From positions 73,346,001 through 73,410,000 of the forward strand of contig OX597825.1 of assembly GCA_951406725.2 (NCBI GenBank): 64,000 nucleotides of DNA. The letters are read 5' to 3'. The position numbers were made by a program, and so were the translations under genes. Within the stretch, counting starts at the first letter, position 1. Every line of letters starts with the position of its first letter. The notes beneath the pieces were generated by a model that saw nothing but the letters and a program-made list of their open reading frames with translations, was not told the DNA's origin and did no database searches. This DNA is from Octopus vulgaris (lineage: Eukaryota). Below are positions 1 through 13,974 of the stretch, in pieces.

Positions 1-66
1 GCTCACCTTGGATTTGTAGTCAGAATGTAAAGAATGTATATGTCACTGAGCAGTTTGATGCATTAA

Positions 67-286
67 CCCTTTCGTTACCAACCCGGCTGAAACCGGCTCT
101 GGCTCTCAGTACAAATGTCTTGGTTTCAAAAGTTCTGAATTAATATCTTCCACCAAACCTTAGTCACAATTTATGTTCTTAACACTAGCTGAATGATAAT
201 GAAGTTAATTCACTAAATTCTTTGTTATATTTAAAGTAACTGAAAGAAACACAGAGCATCTCAAAATAAATACAGTAACGAAAGGG
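67..286 (+). mobile_element. Non-autonomous MITE with TTAA target duplication (piggyBac-type ends)
   Basis: TTAA at 63-66 and 287-290; TIR CCCTTTCGTTAC...GTAACGAAAGGG; a second copy lies in the opposite orientation at 63637-63857. Confidence 0.85.
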
Positions 287-1758
287 TTAATGATTCTGAC
301 AGCTCACAATCTTTACTACTTATAGACTCAAGGCTTGAAATTTTGATGGGAAGGACTTATAGATTACATTGACCTTAGTGAGCTACTAGTACTTATTTTA
401 TTGATTCTGAAAGGGTAAAAGACAAATGCCCTGCTTGGCAGAACTTGAATTCAGAATGTAAAGACAGATAAAATGCTGCTAAGCATTTTGTCTGGCATGC
501 TAATGGTTCTGACAATTCACTGCCATTTTTTGCAACCTAAATAATAGTGAATGAAATAAGAAATAAAGAGAGCTTCTGACAATGCAGTACGTTTTAAAAA
601 CCTTTATATTTCAGGTGCAAAGGCCTGTCTCATGAAGAATACAGTCAAAGAAATGTGCATTTACATAGATCCTGCCATTTTGGATAGTCTGCTACAAGCA
701 TAAGTACCAAACTATCCAAAATAATAGGATCTGTTTAAATATACATTTCTTTGTATTTTTCTGAAGATGGGCCTTTGCACTCGAAATATAAAAATTATTT
801 AAACTTTGTGTGTGTGTGTGTGTGTAAGTATATACATATGTGTAGAAGCATCAAAATTCAAACACATGCTTGCCTTCACTCTCTCTTTCATACTCAAATA
901 CAGATGTGTTCACACACACACAGACACACACATACATAGACATGTGTGTGTTTGTCTGTGTTTATATGTATGTGTATATATGTGTATCTGTACACACATA
1001 CACACACGCATACACAGAGATATACATACACACATATATGGATACACACACACATACGCATCAAGGATGCACACTTCAATAGGCATGTATATACTGATGA
1101 TGTAATAACAACTTAGAAACTTCAAGAGAACGTGAAATAATTTTTGTTTGGAATAGTGGATCTTGTAGAAGACAGATAAAACTATAAATAACAGCAGTTT
1201 TCTGTCCCCAAAAGGATTTTTCATCTCAGTATCTACATGCTAATATTTCAAGTTTTATGTGTTTGAAGACCCACTATTCTAAAAAGAATTATGTACATGT
1301 ATATATAAATATATATTAAATGTGTGTGTGTGTGTGTGTGTATGTGTGTGTGTATGTGTGTGTGTATGTGTGTGTGTGTATGTATTTGTGTGCAGGTGTG
1401 TGTATACATATGTATTTATATAGTGTGTATTCACTATATGACCTTTTATGACCTTTATGCAGTATCTAAGGCAGTGTTTCTCAACCTTTTTACCCTTGTG
1501 TAACCCTTAAAATAAGTTACATGTCTCAAGGAACCCCTTCACAAAAAAAAAAAAGTTATATACCACATCTTTCTCATATTGTTTTCATTGTTATATTTTT
1601 TTGATAACATAATAGGTTAGATAGGATGATGTCTATATTACAATATTACAATAACCAATAACATGTTGTGCATGTATAGTAATATTACGATCCTGTGTAG
1701 CTAGAGTGTGTGTTGCCTGGGGCAGCCCTTGTTCTTCAGTTTGCTGTACCCAGGCCCC

Positions 1759-2055
1759 TGTCCAGAGGGTGCGCTGATTCGCAATGTCGTCCTCCACCTC
1801 CACTTCCCAGCTGGCACAAATGCACGGGCGGGCAGCTGAAGGCCTGGGCAACGACGATAAAGGAGGACCTCTCCAAACTCTCAGGTCTGCAGGTTGTCGT
1901 CTGCTCAGATGGAACCGCAAATGGCCCGCTATTTCCAGCGACCTCACACAGGACCATCAAGCGTGGGCTGCCATGGCTTGTGATGTCGTCAGGACCAGAG
2001 AAGAAGCTGGCTCAACCCACCCTGGGTGAATGCCATCACAAGTACACGTAAGTAA
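1759..2055 (+). mobile_element. RTE-clade LINE, 5'-truncated 3' end (degenerate ORF2 C-terminus)
   Basis: Frameshifted peptides PEGALIRNVVL / PSWHKCTGGQLKAWATTIKEDL / RWNRKWPAISSDLTQDHQAWAAM resemble the RTE ORF2 C-terminus; short (TAAG)n tail; 13-bp TSD GTACCCAGGCCCC at 1746-1758 and 2056-2068. Confidence 0.85.
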
Positions 2056-2349
2056 GTACCCAGGCCCCCACAATAAATACATATTGCTCAGTGATTATAT
2101 TGATTGTGGCATTTAATGGTGAGTAGTGACCATGTCCCGACATTAAAACCCATTATTATTTGATTTCAATACAGCCTATACAAGCTTATAACCTACAACA
2201 GAGTCCTGTAGAAGTGCCACCTGGGGTGGACCGTCCCCCACTCTAGCAACATTAGTGATGATGAGAGGAGAGAGAATGGCCGAGTAGAGGTGGTATGAGA
2301 GAAGCCAAAGCTGAGCAGCTGACGTCATTGCAGTGGTTGTAGAGTCTGA

Positions 2350-2820
2350 AGATGGTGTGGGGGATGGTGATGATGATGATGATGTGGAAGATGATGATGG
2401 TGATGGTGGTGAGAATGAAGAAGAATAGATTGATTGCGGTGGCAGTGGTTGTACTTGTGATAGTGGTAGTAGAGGTGATAGTGGTGATGATGGCAATGAT
2501 GATAATGACAGTGGTGGCAATAATGAGTAGAAGTAAGAAGATGATGGTGGTGGTAGTGATGATGGTGTTGAGGATAACGAAAATGATGGCAATGATGATG
2601 ATGATAATGATGACAATGATAATGGTGGGGGTGGGGGTGATTAAAGCAATGATGAGAACATGGTCGATTGTGGTGATGATGATGATGATAATGTTGGTGA
2701 TGATTAAGAAGAAGACAATGACAGTGAAGATGACGATGACGGTGGTGTGATGATGATGATGATAGTGATGACATTGGCAATGATGATGATCTTGATGATG
2801 ATGGTGATGATAATGTGGAA
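2350..2820. repeat. Degenerate (GAT/GGT)n trinucleotide low-complexity tract
   Basis: Runs of gatgatgat/ggtggt; source of the spurious poly-M/V/H/S ORFs. Confidence 0.9.
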
Positions 2821-3223
2821 AGTGATACAGATGTACACATAAAAAACCAAAAAAAAACCAAAAGAGGCAACGAGTCATCATGAATTAAACATCGTTAATC
2901 TTATTTCCGAGCAAATAGAGTTAATTAATATACCGAGGACACACATCGTCATACGCATACAAACACTTATATAAACATATGCTCTCATACACATATACAC
3001 ATACACATCATATAGACACTCATAAACACATATGCACGCTGACAGACAATCCCACACAAGAATGTACATATGCACACATAGCTACATGGCGCCACATGTA
3101 TCGATGACAAATATTGCATCACATGTAGATATATATCCATAGAATTACAAACTTACATCATTCATAGAGCTGCATACACCCAGACACAGGGACAACACAC
3201 AAAACACACACACACACACATAA

Positions 3224-3298
<75 letters not shown>

Positions 3299-3331
3299 CT
3301 TTATTTTAAGCAGCAGAAAATTCAACAAAAT

Positions 3332-3369
3332 CTGTTACTCTGAGTTTCTCGTTGCCGTTCATCAGACAG
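3332..3369 (-). ncRNA. Minimal type-I hammerhead ribozyme (mirror copy in left arm)
   Basis: Reverse complement identical to 5519-5556. Confidence 0.75.
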
Positions 3370-4392
3370 TTTTTGCTAGAATGGAACATATATATTAATT
3401 CAATCTATACTCTTACAAACGCTACACCTTTAAAAAGAAATGGACTTGTTTGATTGGCCCTTTAGAAAAAACGGTCAATCTTCGAGCGATAAACAAAAAG
3501 GTCAAAAATATATGTATATATATATAAAAACTTATAAAAATTATAAAATCCGAGGAAAATACCGAGGAAAAACCTGTTGCCGTTAATGAAGACAGTACAA
3601 ATTAATGCATAGAAATTAAACCTGTTATAAATACTGCAATACATATTTATATTAAAATCCACATATATATATCAACATACACAAAAGGATGCGCGTAAAC
3701 GCCATACATACATATACAGACGTATGAATATGAATCTAAATTATACACATAAAAGCATGTGTACATATATTCACGCAAACCGTCTCGCACGCAAGCTAAA
3801 ATTCATCTATGTAGCAATTCTCATATACTGAGCAAGGAGGGGGAACGAAAGAAAGGGAAAGAGAGAAAAAGGAGCGGAGGAGGGGTGGGGAAAAAAGTAG
3901 CGATGTTATTTGGCATCTATAGAGGCCAGTATACATACACAAGTTTGAATTGATACATATACATACCGTCGTGTATATGTGTGCTTAAGCACAAGCATAC
4001 TTTCACTTACACATACACAGATACGCATGCTTACAAATACATATGCTTTGCTATACACAAACTTATATAAACATTCTAAATTTGACAACATTGCTTTTTT
4101 TATAAAAAAAAAAACAAAACAAAAAAACATTGCTTTTAAAAAATGGGTGCATTAATAAAAATATATACGAAAGACCTATAAAATAAAATATAACATCCTA
4201 TTTTGGGTCATTTATAAATAATCAAGGTAATATAAATAATCAAGGTAATCTTATGCAATACAATAACATGAAAACAAAGTTTGTAGGTTTTTCCTAATAT
4301 ATATGTAGAAACAATAAGACTTTGCTATAGGTCCGTTGTAGCGCTCAAGAGTCAAAATCAAAATCAAAAAATCAAAATACAAAATATATACT

Positions 4393-4530
4393 CTATCCAT
4401 ATGGTATATTTATATTCGACATTTTAAATTTAGCCTTGTGCCTACATAAGTTCATTAATTCACTTCTTTGATTCAAAGAATTATTGTCTTTGAATAATAT
4501 GTGCATTTTTTCTAATAAGCAAAGCCTGCA
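4393..4530 (-). pseudogene. C-terminal remnant of a PLE GIY-YIG endonuclease ORF
   Basis: Minus-strand translation CRLCLLEKMHILFKDNNSLNQRSELMNLCRHKAKFKMSNINIPYG*; the CxLCxxEK...LNxRxE...CRH pattern is recognised from the C-terminus of PLE GIY-YIG domains (from memory, not database-checked). Confidence 0.75.
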
Positions 4531-5518
4531 CTTGACTCTTGAGCGCTACAACGGACCTATAGCAAAGTCTTATTGTTTCTACATATATATTAGGAAAAAC
4601 CTACAAACTTTGTTTTCATGTTATTGTATTGCATAAGATTACCTTGATTATTTATATTACCTTGATTATTTATAAATGACCCAAAATAGGATGTTATATT
4701 TTATTTTATAGGTCTTTCGTATATATTTTTATTAATGCACCCATTTTTTAAAAGCAATGTTTTTTTTTTTTTTTTTTTTATAAAAAAAGCAATGTTGTCA
4801 AATTTAGAATGTTTATATAAGTTTGTGTATAGCAAAGCATATGTATTTGTAAGCATGCGTATCTGTGTATGTGTAAGTGAAAGTATGCTTGTGCTTAAGC
4901 ACACATATACACGACGGTATGTATATGTATCAATTCAAACTTGTGTATGTATACTGGCCTCTATAGATGCCAAATAACATCGCTACTTTTTTCCCCACCC
5001 CTCCTCCGCTCCTTTTTTTCTCTCTTTCCCTTTCTTTCGTTCCCCCTCCTTGCTCAGTATATGAGAATTGCTACATAGATGAATTTTAGCTTGCGTGCGA
5101 GACGGTTTGCGTGAATATATGTACACATGCTTTTATGTGTATAATTTAGATTCATATTCATACGTCTGTATATGTATGTATGGCGTTTACGCGCATCCTT
5201 TTGTGTATGTTGATATATATATGTGGATTTTAATATAAATATGTATTGCAGTATTTATAACAGGTTTAATTTCTATGCATTAATTTGTACTGTCTTCATT
5301 AACGGCAACAGGTTTTTTTCCTCGGTATTTTCCTCGGATTTTATAATTTTTATAAGTTTTTATATATATATACATATATTTTTGACCTTTTTGTTTATCG
5401 CTCGAAGATTGACCGTTTTTTTCTAAAGGGCCAATCAAACAAGTCCATTTCTTTTTAAAGGTGTAGCGTTTGTAAGAGTATAGATTGAATTAATATATAT
5501 GTTCCATTCTAGCAAAAA

Positions 5519-5556
5519 CTGTCTGATGAACGGCAACGAGAAACTCAGAGTAACAG
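5519..5556 (+). ncRNA. Minimal type-I hammerhead ribozyme
   Basis: CTGT-CTGATGA-a CG GCAA CG a-GAAA-CTC a GAG-TA|ACAG: stem I CTGT/ACAG, intact core, GNRA-capped stem II, near-loopless stem III, GUA site. Confidence 0.75.
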
Positions 5557-5689
5557 ATTTTGTTGAATTTTCTGCTGCTTAAAATAAAGCATATTACTCT
5601 ACCACTGGTATTTGAGTACTCTTTTTTCCACCTTGTTTCACATTTATGTGTTTACTCCGGTCTATATATTTATATATATATATATATAT

Positions 5690-6070
5690 AACTGGGACCC
5701 ATGGTAGTGACCCGTAAAGAACACCTTTTGAGCGTTGGGCCCCATGGAGGCAATGACCAGGACCTTTGGCATTATGTCATGCTTGAGAAGAAGAACCATC
5801 AAGCTGAACAAAATCACAGTCATGGAAGATACCAGTGTGACGCAAATGGCACCCATTCTAGTGGCACATAAAAATGTCACCTGAGCTGGTGGCATTTAAA
5901 AACACCCATTACACTCTTCGAGTGGTTGGTATTAAGGAAGAGCATGCAGCCATAGAAAACCATGCCAAATCAGATTGGAGTCTGGTGCAGCCTTCCAGCA
6001 TGCCAGCCCGGACAAACCATCCAACCCATGCCTGCATAGACAACAGATGTTAAATGATGATGATGATGAA
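5690..6070 (+). mobile_element. SINE family D (ends in (GAT)n; RTE-like tail)
   Basis: gagtggttggYRttaggaagggcatccagc...aacccatgccagcatg...ttaaatgatgatgat recurs at about 12300-12505, 13790-13965, 15100-15290(-), 17730-17910, 50380-50460 and 56960-57200. Confidence 0.7.
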
Positions 6071-6119
6071 GATATATATATATATGTGTGTGTGTGTGTA
6101 TATATATATACACACACAT

Positions 6120-6156
<37 letters not shown>

Positions 6157-6167
6157 CGCATATACAT

Positions 6168-6238
<71 letters not shown>

Positions 6239-7442
6239 TGGTGCTCCAGCATGGCTGCAGTCTAACAACTGAAACAAGTAAAAGGATATATATATGTATA
6301 TATATATATATATCTGTGCATGTGTGTGCCTCTGCATGTTTATGCATGCATATATGCAAAGACACACACATACATACAAACATGCACTCACACATATATC
6401 TATACATCCACACATATGCATACATATACACACTGGTAATACCTAGCTACATAGATACAAATATACATACCTAGAGTCACATTTACACATACAGACAGAA
6501 AAATACACATAGCCGTACATTCAGACATTTCTTGACACACACTGACAAAGAGAATGAGAGAGAGAGAGAGAGGGGCTAAGAGGGTGGTGGTGATGGTGCC
6601 AATATTACTACGTCTAATAATCTTCATCAAACACTCATAGACTCCAAGAAAGCTGGAGAGACCTATTGTTTATACATGCATGAGGAACTATCTCAAGGAC
6701 ACAAACATTGTGTCAAAGATGTGCTTGTGTGTAGGTCACATGTATATATCTGTATGTGCATGTGTGTGTGTGTGTGTGTATATGTGTGTGCATATATATA
6801 TATGTACACACAAATATATATATATATATGTGTGTATATATGTGCGTGTGTGTGTGTATGTATATATGTATATATGCATATATATAGACATACATACACA
6901 TACATATATATAATAACATATTTACATACATGTATATGTATATAATATATATATATGTGTGTGTGTGTATATAGACATACATACATATACATATATGTAA
7001 CGATATATTTACATAAATGTGTATGTATATAATATATATATATGTGTGTATATATATATCCATCTATACATATGTGTGTGTGTGTGTTTGTGTGCATGTA
7101 TGTATGATTGCATCTATGTGTGTATGCATATATATGTGTGCGTGTGTATGTATGTATGCATGTACGTATGTAGGTACGTATGTATATATGCATATATGCA
7201 TATATGTATGTGTGTATGTTTATATGTATATATATATGCATACAACTGTGGTTAGAAATTACCATAGCAACACAGCAAGAGCCACAACAAAAACAACAAA
7301 AAATCTAAGCTAAACTCTTCTAAAGGCAGAACATTTCATGCTCACAGAACATATTCATTTATTTGTTTTCTCCAAATTTCATTTTAAATTGGAAATGATA
7401 TGCACATACATTAGAAAAATTGCAGAATGTGATATATATATA

Positions 7443-7486
<44 letters not shown>

Positions 7487-7736
7487 AAACGTGTACATTA
7501 TTTATACATGTTTGTATTTCTAGTTTTTCTATAAAAATGTGTGTATAACGTGATTATATATTTGTACTTTTGTAAAATGTGACATAAATATATATGTATT
7601 ACATGTGTGTGTATATATTTGCATATTTCTAGAATGTGATATGTGATATGTATATATTTTGTCTTATTTGTAGGTTTCTGAAATGGAATATATAATATGT
7701 ATATATAACATGTATTTTTATACATATATATGTGTG

Positions 7737-7791
<55 letters not shown>

Positions 7792-7837
7792 CTAAGTACA
7801 CACACAAAATGCATATATATTTATAACACATTTAGAA

Positions 7838-7998
<161 letters not shown>

Positions 7999-8610
7999 TT
8001 CTGAAATGTGTTATAAATATATATGCATTTTGTGTGTGTACTTAGTTTTCTAAAAGGTAATTTAAATCTGTATATATTTTATCTTTGTGTGTAATTGTAA
8101 TTTTCTAAATTGGGTATGTGATATGTAAATGCATTCTGTGCATACATTTGCTGTGTTCACAACGGATCTCATCAATTGGTTTCGCACTAGGGGTCCAATG
8201 GAGTGTTAGGCTACAGTCTGATTATGTAACCCTGAACTCATCAGAGGTAGCTGCTATAGAATGTATGTGTGTGTGTCTGTATGTGAAGGTAGGTGGCTTA
8301 GTTGTTAAGGTATTCAGCTCGTGGTCATTAAGTCAGGAGTTTGGTTCCTGGCAGTGTGTTTTGTCCTTGAGCAAGACTCTCTATTTCACATTACTCCAGT
8401 CTGCTCAGGGAGCAAAATTTGAGCTGTACTTGTATTTCAAAGTGCCAGCCTGTGTCCCTGAGAACTACATTAAGAGTGCATGTGTTTATGAGCAGGTTAT
8501 TCTGTTGATCAGATCAACTGAGACGCTCAACATCATAACTGATGTTGTGCCAGTTCATATATATTTCTATATGTATATATATTATATATGCATGTGTGTA
8601 TATATATATT

Positions 8611-8890
8611 ATAAGGTTTGGAAGTGATGTACAGGTATTATATATTAGAAAAAATGATGTACTCAGAAATCTGGATGGTTTTACATTTACAGATTTTTAT
8701 TAATATGTTACGTGTTTTTATAAATCATATATTAGCGCTTGCATCTAATTTAATTGTCAAAACCTGGAGATTCTACTAGAGTAGATGCAAGCGCTAATAT
8801 ATGATTTATAAAAACATGTGACATATAAATAAAAATCTGTAAATGTAAAACCATCCAGATTTCTGAGTACATCATTTTTTCTAATATATA
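8611..8890 (-). mobile_element. Short inverted PLE-like fragment with degenerate hammerhead
   Basis: Arms 8639-8747 / 8782-8890; tail 8611-8638; (TA)n flanks; CTGGAGA-t TCTAC taga GTAGA t-GCAA-GCGC-TA on + near 8764-8796; homologous to 14864-15100. Confidence 0.7.
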
Positions 8891-8894
8891 TATA

Positions 8895-8980
8895 TAATAA
8901 GATAGGGTAGCAAAAATTTTAGAAATTTCCCTACCAGCGGCCTAGCATGTATAAAAAGTCAATAGACAACATATTTTCTG
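8895..8980 (-). mobile_element. Solo 3' tail of a PLE-like family
   Basis: Reverse complement (gtctattgact...ctaggccgctggtagg...aaatttttgctaccctat) aligns by eye with the tail at 32883-32985; abuts (TA)n. Confidence 0.6.
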
Positions 8981-9724
8981 TATGTATACTAATTTTATAT
9001 ATATATATCATCATCATCATTATCATATATATATTAATTTTATATATACTAATTTTATGTATATATATGTATGTATTTATGTATGTATATATGTGTGTGT
9101 GTGTGTGTGTTTGTGTGTGTGGCTGTATGTGTGAGTGTATGCATGTGTGTGTGTGTGTGTGTGTATGTGTGTGTGTGGTCTGTGTTTATAAATGTAAATT
9201 TTGTCAAGAGAAATTTATATAATGTCTTTATTATATGTTCTTATAAAGTAAACTTTTGATTACAAAGAGAACCAAACGGTTGATCAAGCTATGGCAATTT
9301 CATTTTTGAAATTTTTTCGGGAACAAAGTACTCCAGGACTACATTAATCTACCTTCCCCCATAATTTTTAAGTTGGTTGAGAGTGAATTGAGGGAGTTTT
9401 CATTGCTGTTTCTAGTAGGATGAAGGACGACATGGAGTCCCTGTCTTATTGGCCTGTGTAATTTTTGCATCATATGTGGTTTGTTTATTGCCTGTGAGTC
9501 AAAGTACTTTGGTTAATTTGTTTACTTGTTGATTAAAATATGATCTAGCATATTACAAGTACTCTTTCCATTGATACCCTTACTGAAGGACTATGCAGGA
9601 TCACTCTACTTGCATTTAAAATTTTGATTTGAGATGAGAAATATAAATAAGTAAAAACTAAATTTCTTTAAATGCTAAAATTCAGAATCTAGGGATATTT
9701 ATAATGATTATGTTATCAATTATC

Positions 9725-10212
<488 letters not shown>

Positions 10213-11039
10213 ATAATTATCTATATGAGGATTTGAGAAGAATTTGATTAGTTTAAGTGACATTGAATTCCTTACTCTTTGAGGAAGGATAATAATTTAG
10301 TCTGACTTAAAATTTAGTTTGATTTCTGTTAAAAATAAATATTCTAAAACATCATTTCTTCACCTTTGGTCTGACGGTCTGAAAGGTATTCAGTTAAAAC
10401 ACTGGTTCACTTGCCTGTTTTAGTATGAATAAACATTATTATGAATAAAGGAGCTTGAAGTGTTTTTGGAGGAAAGTCATATCAATAATAATTCTTTGAT
10501 AATTTTGAAAAATATTTTCTTTAAACTGCACAACAATACTGTTTTTAGTCAATGGAGCAGTAACCTTGGTTTATGTTGTATACTCAGACTAATTATATAA
10601 TTCCAACTTTCTATCAATGGTGATAGAAATACCACTTTTACATCACATTTTAATTCATAATTTCATTTGAACAGCCAAATTGATTGGAAATAATTCTTTG
10701 AAAATGTCTCTAACAGCAAATTAAAGCATCTGAAAGCATATAAACATGCACTAGAAACCAATAAATTCTATAGAAATGGATGCATTTAATCATTAATAGC
10801 AAATTTGAAATTTTTGGAAATCTGCGAAAGAAAGTAAAAAATCTCAAAACATAAAAAAAAAAAAATGAGTATTGTAGAGTCCCTTAATGTAGATTTGTAG
10901 AATTTCAAGAAAATTGTTATTTCTTAGAATGCTTTTGGATTCATAGAAATAAAATTACTTTTCCTCAAAGATGTTTTAATGACCAGATTCCTTATTATGT
11001 GTGTATATGTGACTGTGTGTGTCTGTATGCATGTAAGTA

Positions 11040-11085
<46 letters not shown>

Positions 11086-11087
11086 AG

Positions 11088-11120
<33 letters not shown>

Positions 11121-11231
11121 AAATGTATGTGCATGTATGAATTTCTCTTTCTTTCTCTCTCTCTCCCTCTCTCTCCTTCTCTCTCTCTCTCTCTCTCCTT
11201 CTCTCTCTCTCCCTCTCTCTCTTTCTCTCTT

Positions 11232-11263
<32 letters not shown>

Positions 11264-11309
11264 ATACATACACATATATATATATATAGATATATCTATA
11301 TGCATACAC

Positions 11310-11359
<50 letters not shown>

Positions 11360-12915
11360 TCTCTGTTACTAGCTTCAGTTTATTGGACTGTGGTCTAGAT
11401 GAGGGACTGTTTTCAGATGTGTTTTAGTGTATGTGTGTGTATGTGTATACATACATACATACATACATACATTCATACACACATACATACATACATACAT
11501 ACATACATACACACATACACACACACATACATACACACACACATACATACATACATACACACACACATACATACATACATACATACATACAAACATACAT
11601 ACATACACACATAATTACATTACTTACAAGTATACAATATATGCAAATTATATTTTGTCGTAATATCAAAGGATTTGTTTCATTTCTTTGTAAACACTCT
11701 TAAAACTTGATTTCTACTTGATGCAGAAGATATTTTGTTATAAATTTTTTTCACTGCTTCTACCACTATTCCCACATCGTTCGTTTACATCTAGAAATCA
11801 ATAAAACTGACCTAAGATTCAACACAAATAACTTCTTATTTCTAATACCTACGAAGCTTGTTTTTCTTATAATAACGAATACTGAACACTTTTAAAACTT
11901 TCTCCATTTGTTGCTTTTAATGTGATGTTTATAGAGTGGTCTTTATTGTTTTTCATTCATTCAGTTTCTATGTTTCTATTCCTGCTTTTTAAAATAAAAC
12001 TGCTTCATTCAGTCTTTTATATTTTTAATGATTCCAACTGGCTGCTGCCACTATTAAATTTGATATTGCATTATTAAGGGGTTAAAATACAAAAAAAAAA
12101 AAAAACTGAAAAAAACCCCCCAACTATTCATACAGTCTGTTTATTTTTATAAATTGCCATAGTTATAAGGAAGAGTTTCTTAATCCCTTTACAGCAAAAA
12201 TCAGATACATTCCCTCAAAATTTCGTTATGCTTAACCGCAGGGAGTAATCTATCTTTTGTTGAAGATGTCATGTTTGGAACTATTTTTTTTTGTTGAGAT
12301 GCTGGTGGCACATAAAAAGCACCTAACATACACTGTTTATTGGTTAATGTTAAGAAGGATGTCCAGCCATAGAATCCATGCCATAATAGACAATTGGTGC
12401 CTGGACAACCCTCTGATAGCCAACTCCATGTCAAACCATTCAACTCATGCCAGCATGGAAAACAGACATTAAATGATGATTATGATGATGATGAGGACGA
12501 TGATGATATGTCAAGTTTATTGAAGCAATGTCACTTGCAGAAAATACTAGCACTGAGTTTTTTGGTAGATATTTAACAGTTTTACTGGGATAATCATGGA
12601 ATTTGATTTCCCATTTAAAGGGTTAACAGGTCCTTCGTCTAAGGCTCTTTAAAATCCTTAAATGAGCCTTGTTCAATTAAATACTTTGCTACTTGTTATT
12701 GTTGTTCTTGTTTAATCCCCATAGCAACTATGATCCAGTATTTCTATGATCAAAGATCTTATCTGATATTTGTGTTTAGAATATCAAAGACTACTCTATT
12801 TTGTAGATGTCTCGTGTGATTTTAGGGAGACTTGGTTGATATTTAATATAGGTCAATTGATGAGCATGTATATTCCTGAAAGTATGTTCACATATATATA
12901 CATATACACACACAC

Positions 12916-12946
<31 letters not shown>

Positions 12947-13003
12947 GATATATATATATATATACGGGTGTGTGTGATTGTGTATAGAAGAATATATTAA
13001 TAA

Positions 13004-13417
13004 ATTAATAAAAAGAATTCCAACCTTGTCTGATTTTCACGTTTTATTTACAATCTTATAATGATATAATATAAGATAATATAATATAATAAAATAAAAT
13101 AAAATAATAGAATGTTAAATGTTCATTCTGATTGAACTAGTACTTTCATGCATTAAATTCTGCAATCTTCAGGTTCATGTAGTAGTGTTGACAGTCATGC
13201 TTCACAATTTTTGACTGTCAAAAATTGTGAAGCATGACTGTCACCACTACTACATGAACCCGAAGATTGCAGAATTTAATGCATGAAAGTACTAGTTCAA
13301 TCAGAATGAACATTTAACATTCTATTATTTTATTTTATTTTATTATATTATATTATCTTATATCATTATAAGATTGTAAATAAAACGTGAAAATCAGACA
13401 AGGTTGGAATTCCTTTA

Positions 13418-13422
<5 letters not shown>
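13004..13422. mobile_element. Fold-back PLE-like fragment with 1-nt loop and a hammerhead in both arms
   Basis: Arms 13004-13215 / 13217-13422 centred on 13216; flanked by TA-rich sequence. Confidence 0.75.
13134..13176 (-). ncRNA. Minimal type-I hammerhead ribozyme
   Basis: GAAC-CTGAAGA-t TGCA gaatttaa TGCA t-GAAA-GTAC-TA|GTTC; palindromic stem III; the + strand copy at 13256-13298 has a U4C change (CCGAAGA). Confidence 0.8.
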
Positions 13423-13460
<38 letters not shown>

Positions 13461-13465
<5 letters not shown>

Positions 13466-13745
13466 ACAATTATTTGGTAGCCATGATAAAACTCCAAGTT
13501 TCAGATGTTGGGGCGGAAACCCATGCTGCCATCTCTTCAGTTATCCGGCCATCGAAAAAATGCTATGGAAATGATGGCCGGATAACTGAAGAGATGACAG
13601 CGTGGGTTTCTGCCCTGACATCTGAAACTCGGAGTTTTATCATGGCTACCAAATAATTGTCACATATCATATTTACAGATAGATTCCTCTATTTACATAA
13701 TATCAAGGTCTCTTTCATTCTTTTGTTGTCTTACCATTTTCTATC
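13461..13745 (+). mobile_element. Inverted PLE-like fragment with 3' tail
   Basis: Arms 13461-13553 / 13573-13665; tail 13666-13745; (TA)n on both sides; contains a hammerhead. Confidence 0.75.
13581..13641 (+). ncRNA. Type-I hammerhead ribozyme
   Basis: GATAA-CTGAAGA-GATG...CATC t-GAAA-CTC g GAG-TT|TTATC; 5-bp stem I, intact core, GUU site. Confidence 0.75.
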
Positions 13746-13974
13746 ATATATATAGCTTTGTTCAACTAAAGGAGATCTAGGTCTTGTGGGCTGCACGATA
13801 ACTTCACTAATACAGGTGCTACAAAAAAAAAAATGGACTCAATACATTTTGTAAAGTGGTTGGCATTAGGAAGGGCATCCAGCTGTAGAAACCATGCCAA
13901 AGCAGACATTAAAGTATCCAATCCACGTCAGCATGAATGTAGGGATGTAAAATGATGATGATGGTAAAGGATAA

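Larger units (their letters stand above)
3299..5662. mobile_element. Penelope-like element (PLE) fragment in inverted arrangement: ~1.06-kb arms, 3' tail on right arm
   Basis: Arms 3299-4355 and 4532-5589 are near-perfect reverse complements; unpaired tail 5590-5662; (TA)n on both sides; hammerhead in each arm; spacer encodes a GIY-YIG-like C-terminus on the minus strand. Confidence 0.85.

Noticed and set aside
615-703. Possible terminal exon after the acceptor-like tttatatttcag (AKACLMKNTVKEMCIYIDPAILDSLLQA*)
   Set aside because: Short, no recognisable homology and no upstream exon in the window; cannot be supported without transcript data
1472-1540. hAT-like terminus CAGTGTTTCTCAACC (similar reversed end near 61280-61294)
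   Set aside because: Only single ends were found locally, with no matching TIR or TSD; insufficient for a feature call
3299-5589. DNA transposon with very long TIRs, or a pure assembly artefact
   Set aside because: The one-sided tail that recurs elsewhere (38956-39100), the hammerheads and the endonuclease remnant fit an inverted retroelement better; an artefact is not fully excluded without reads
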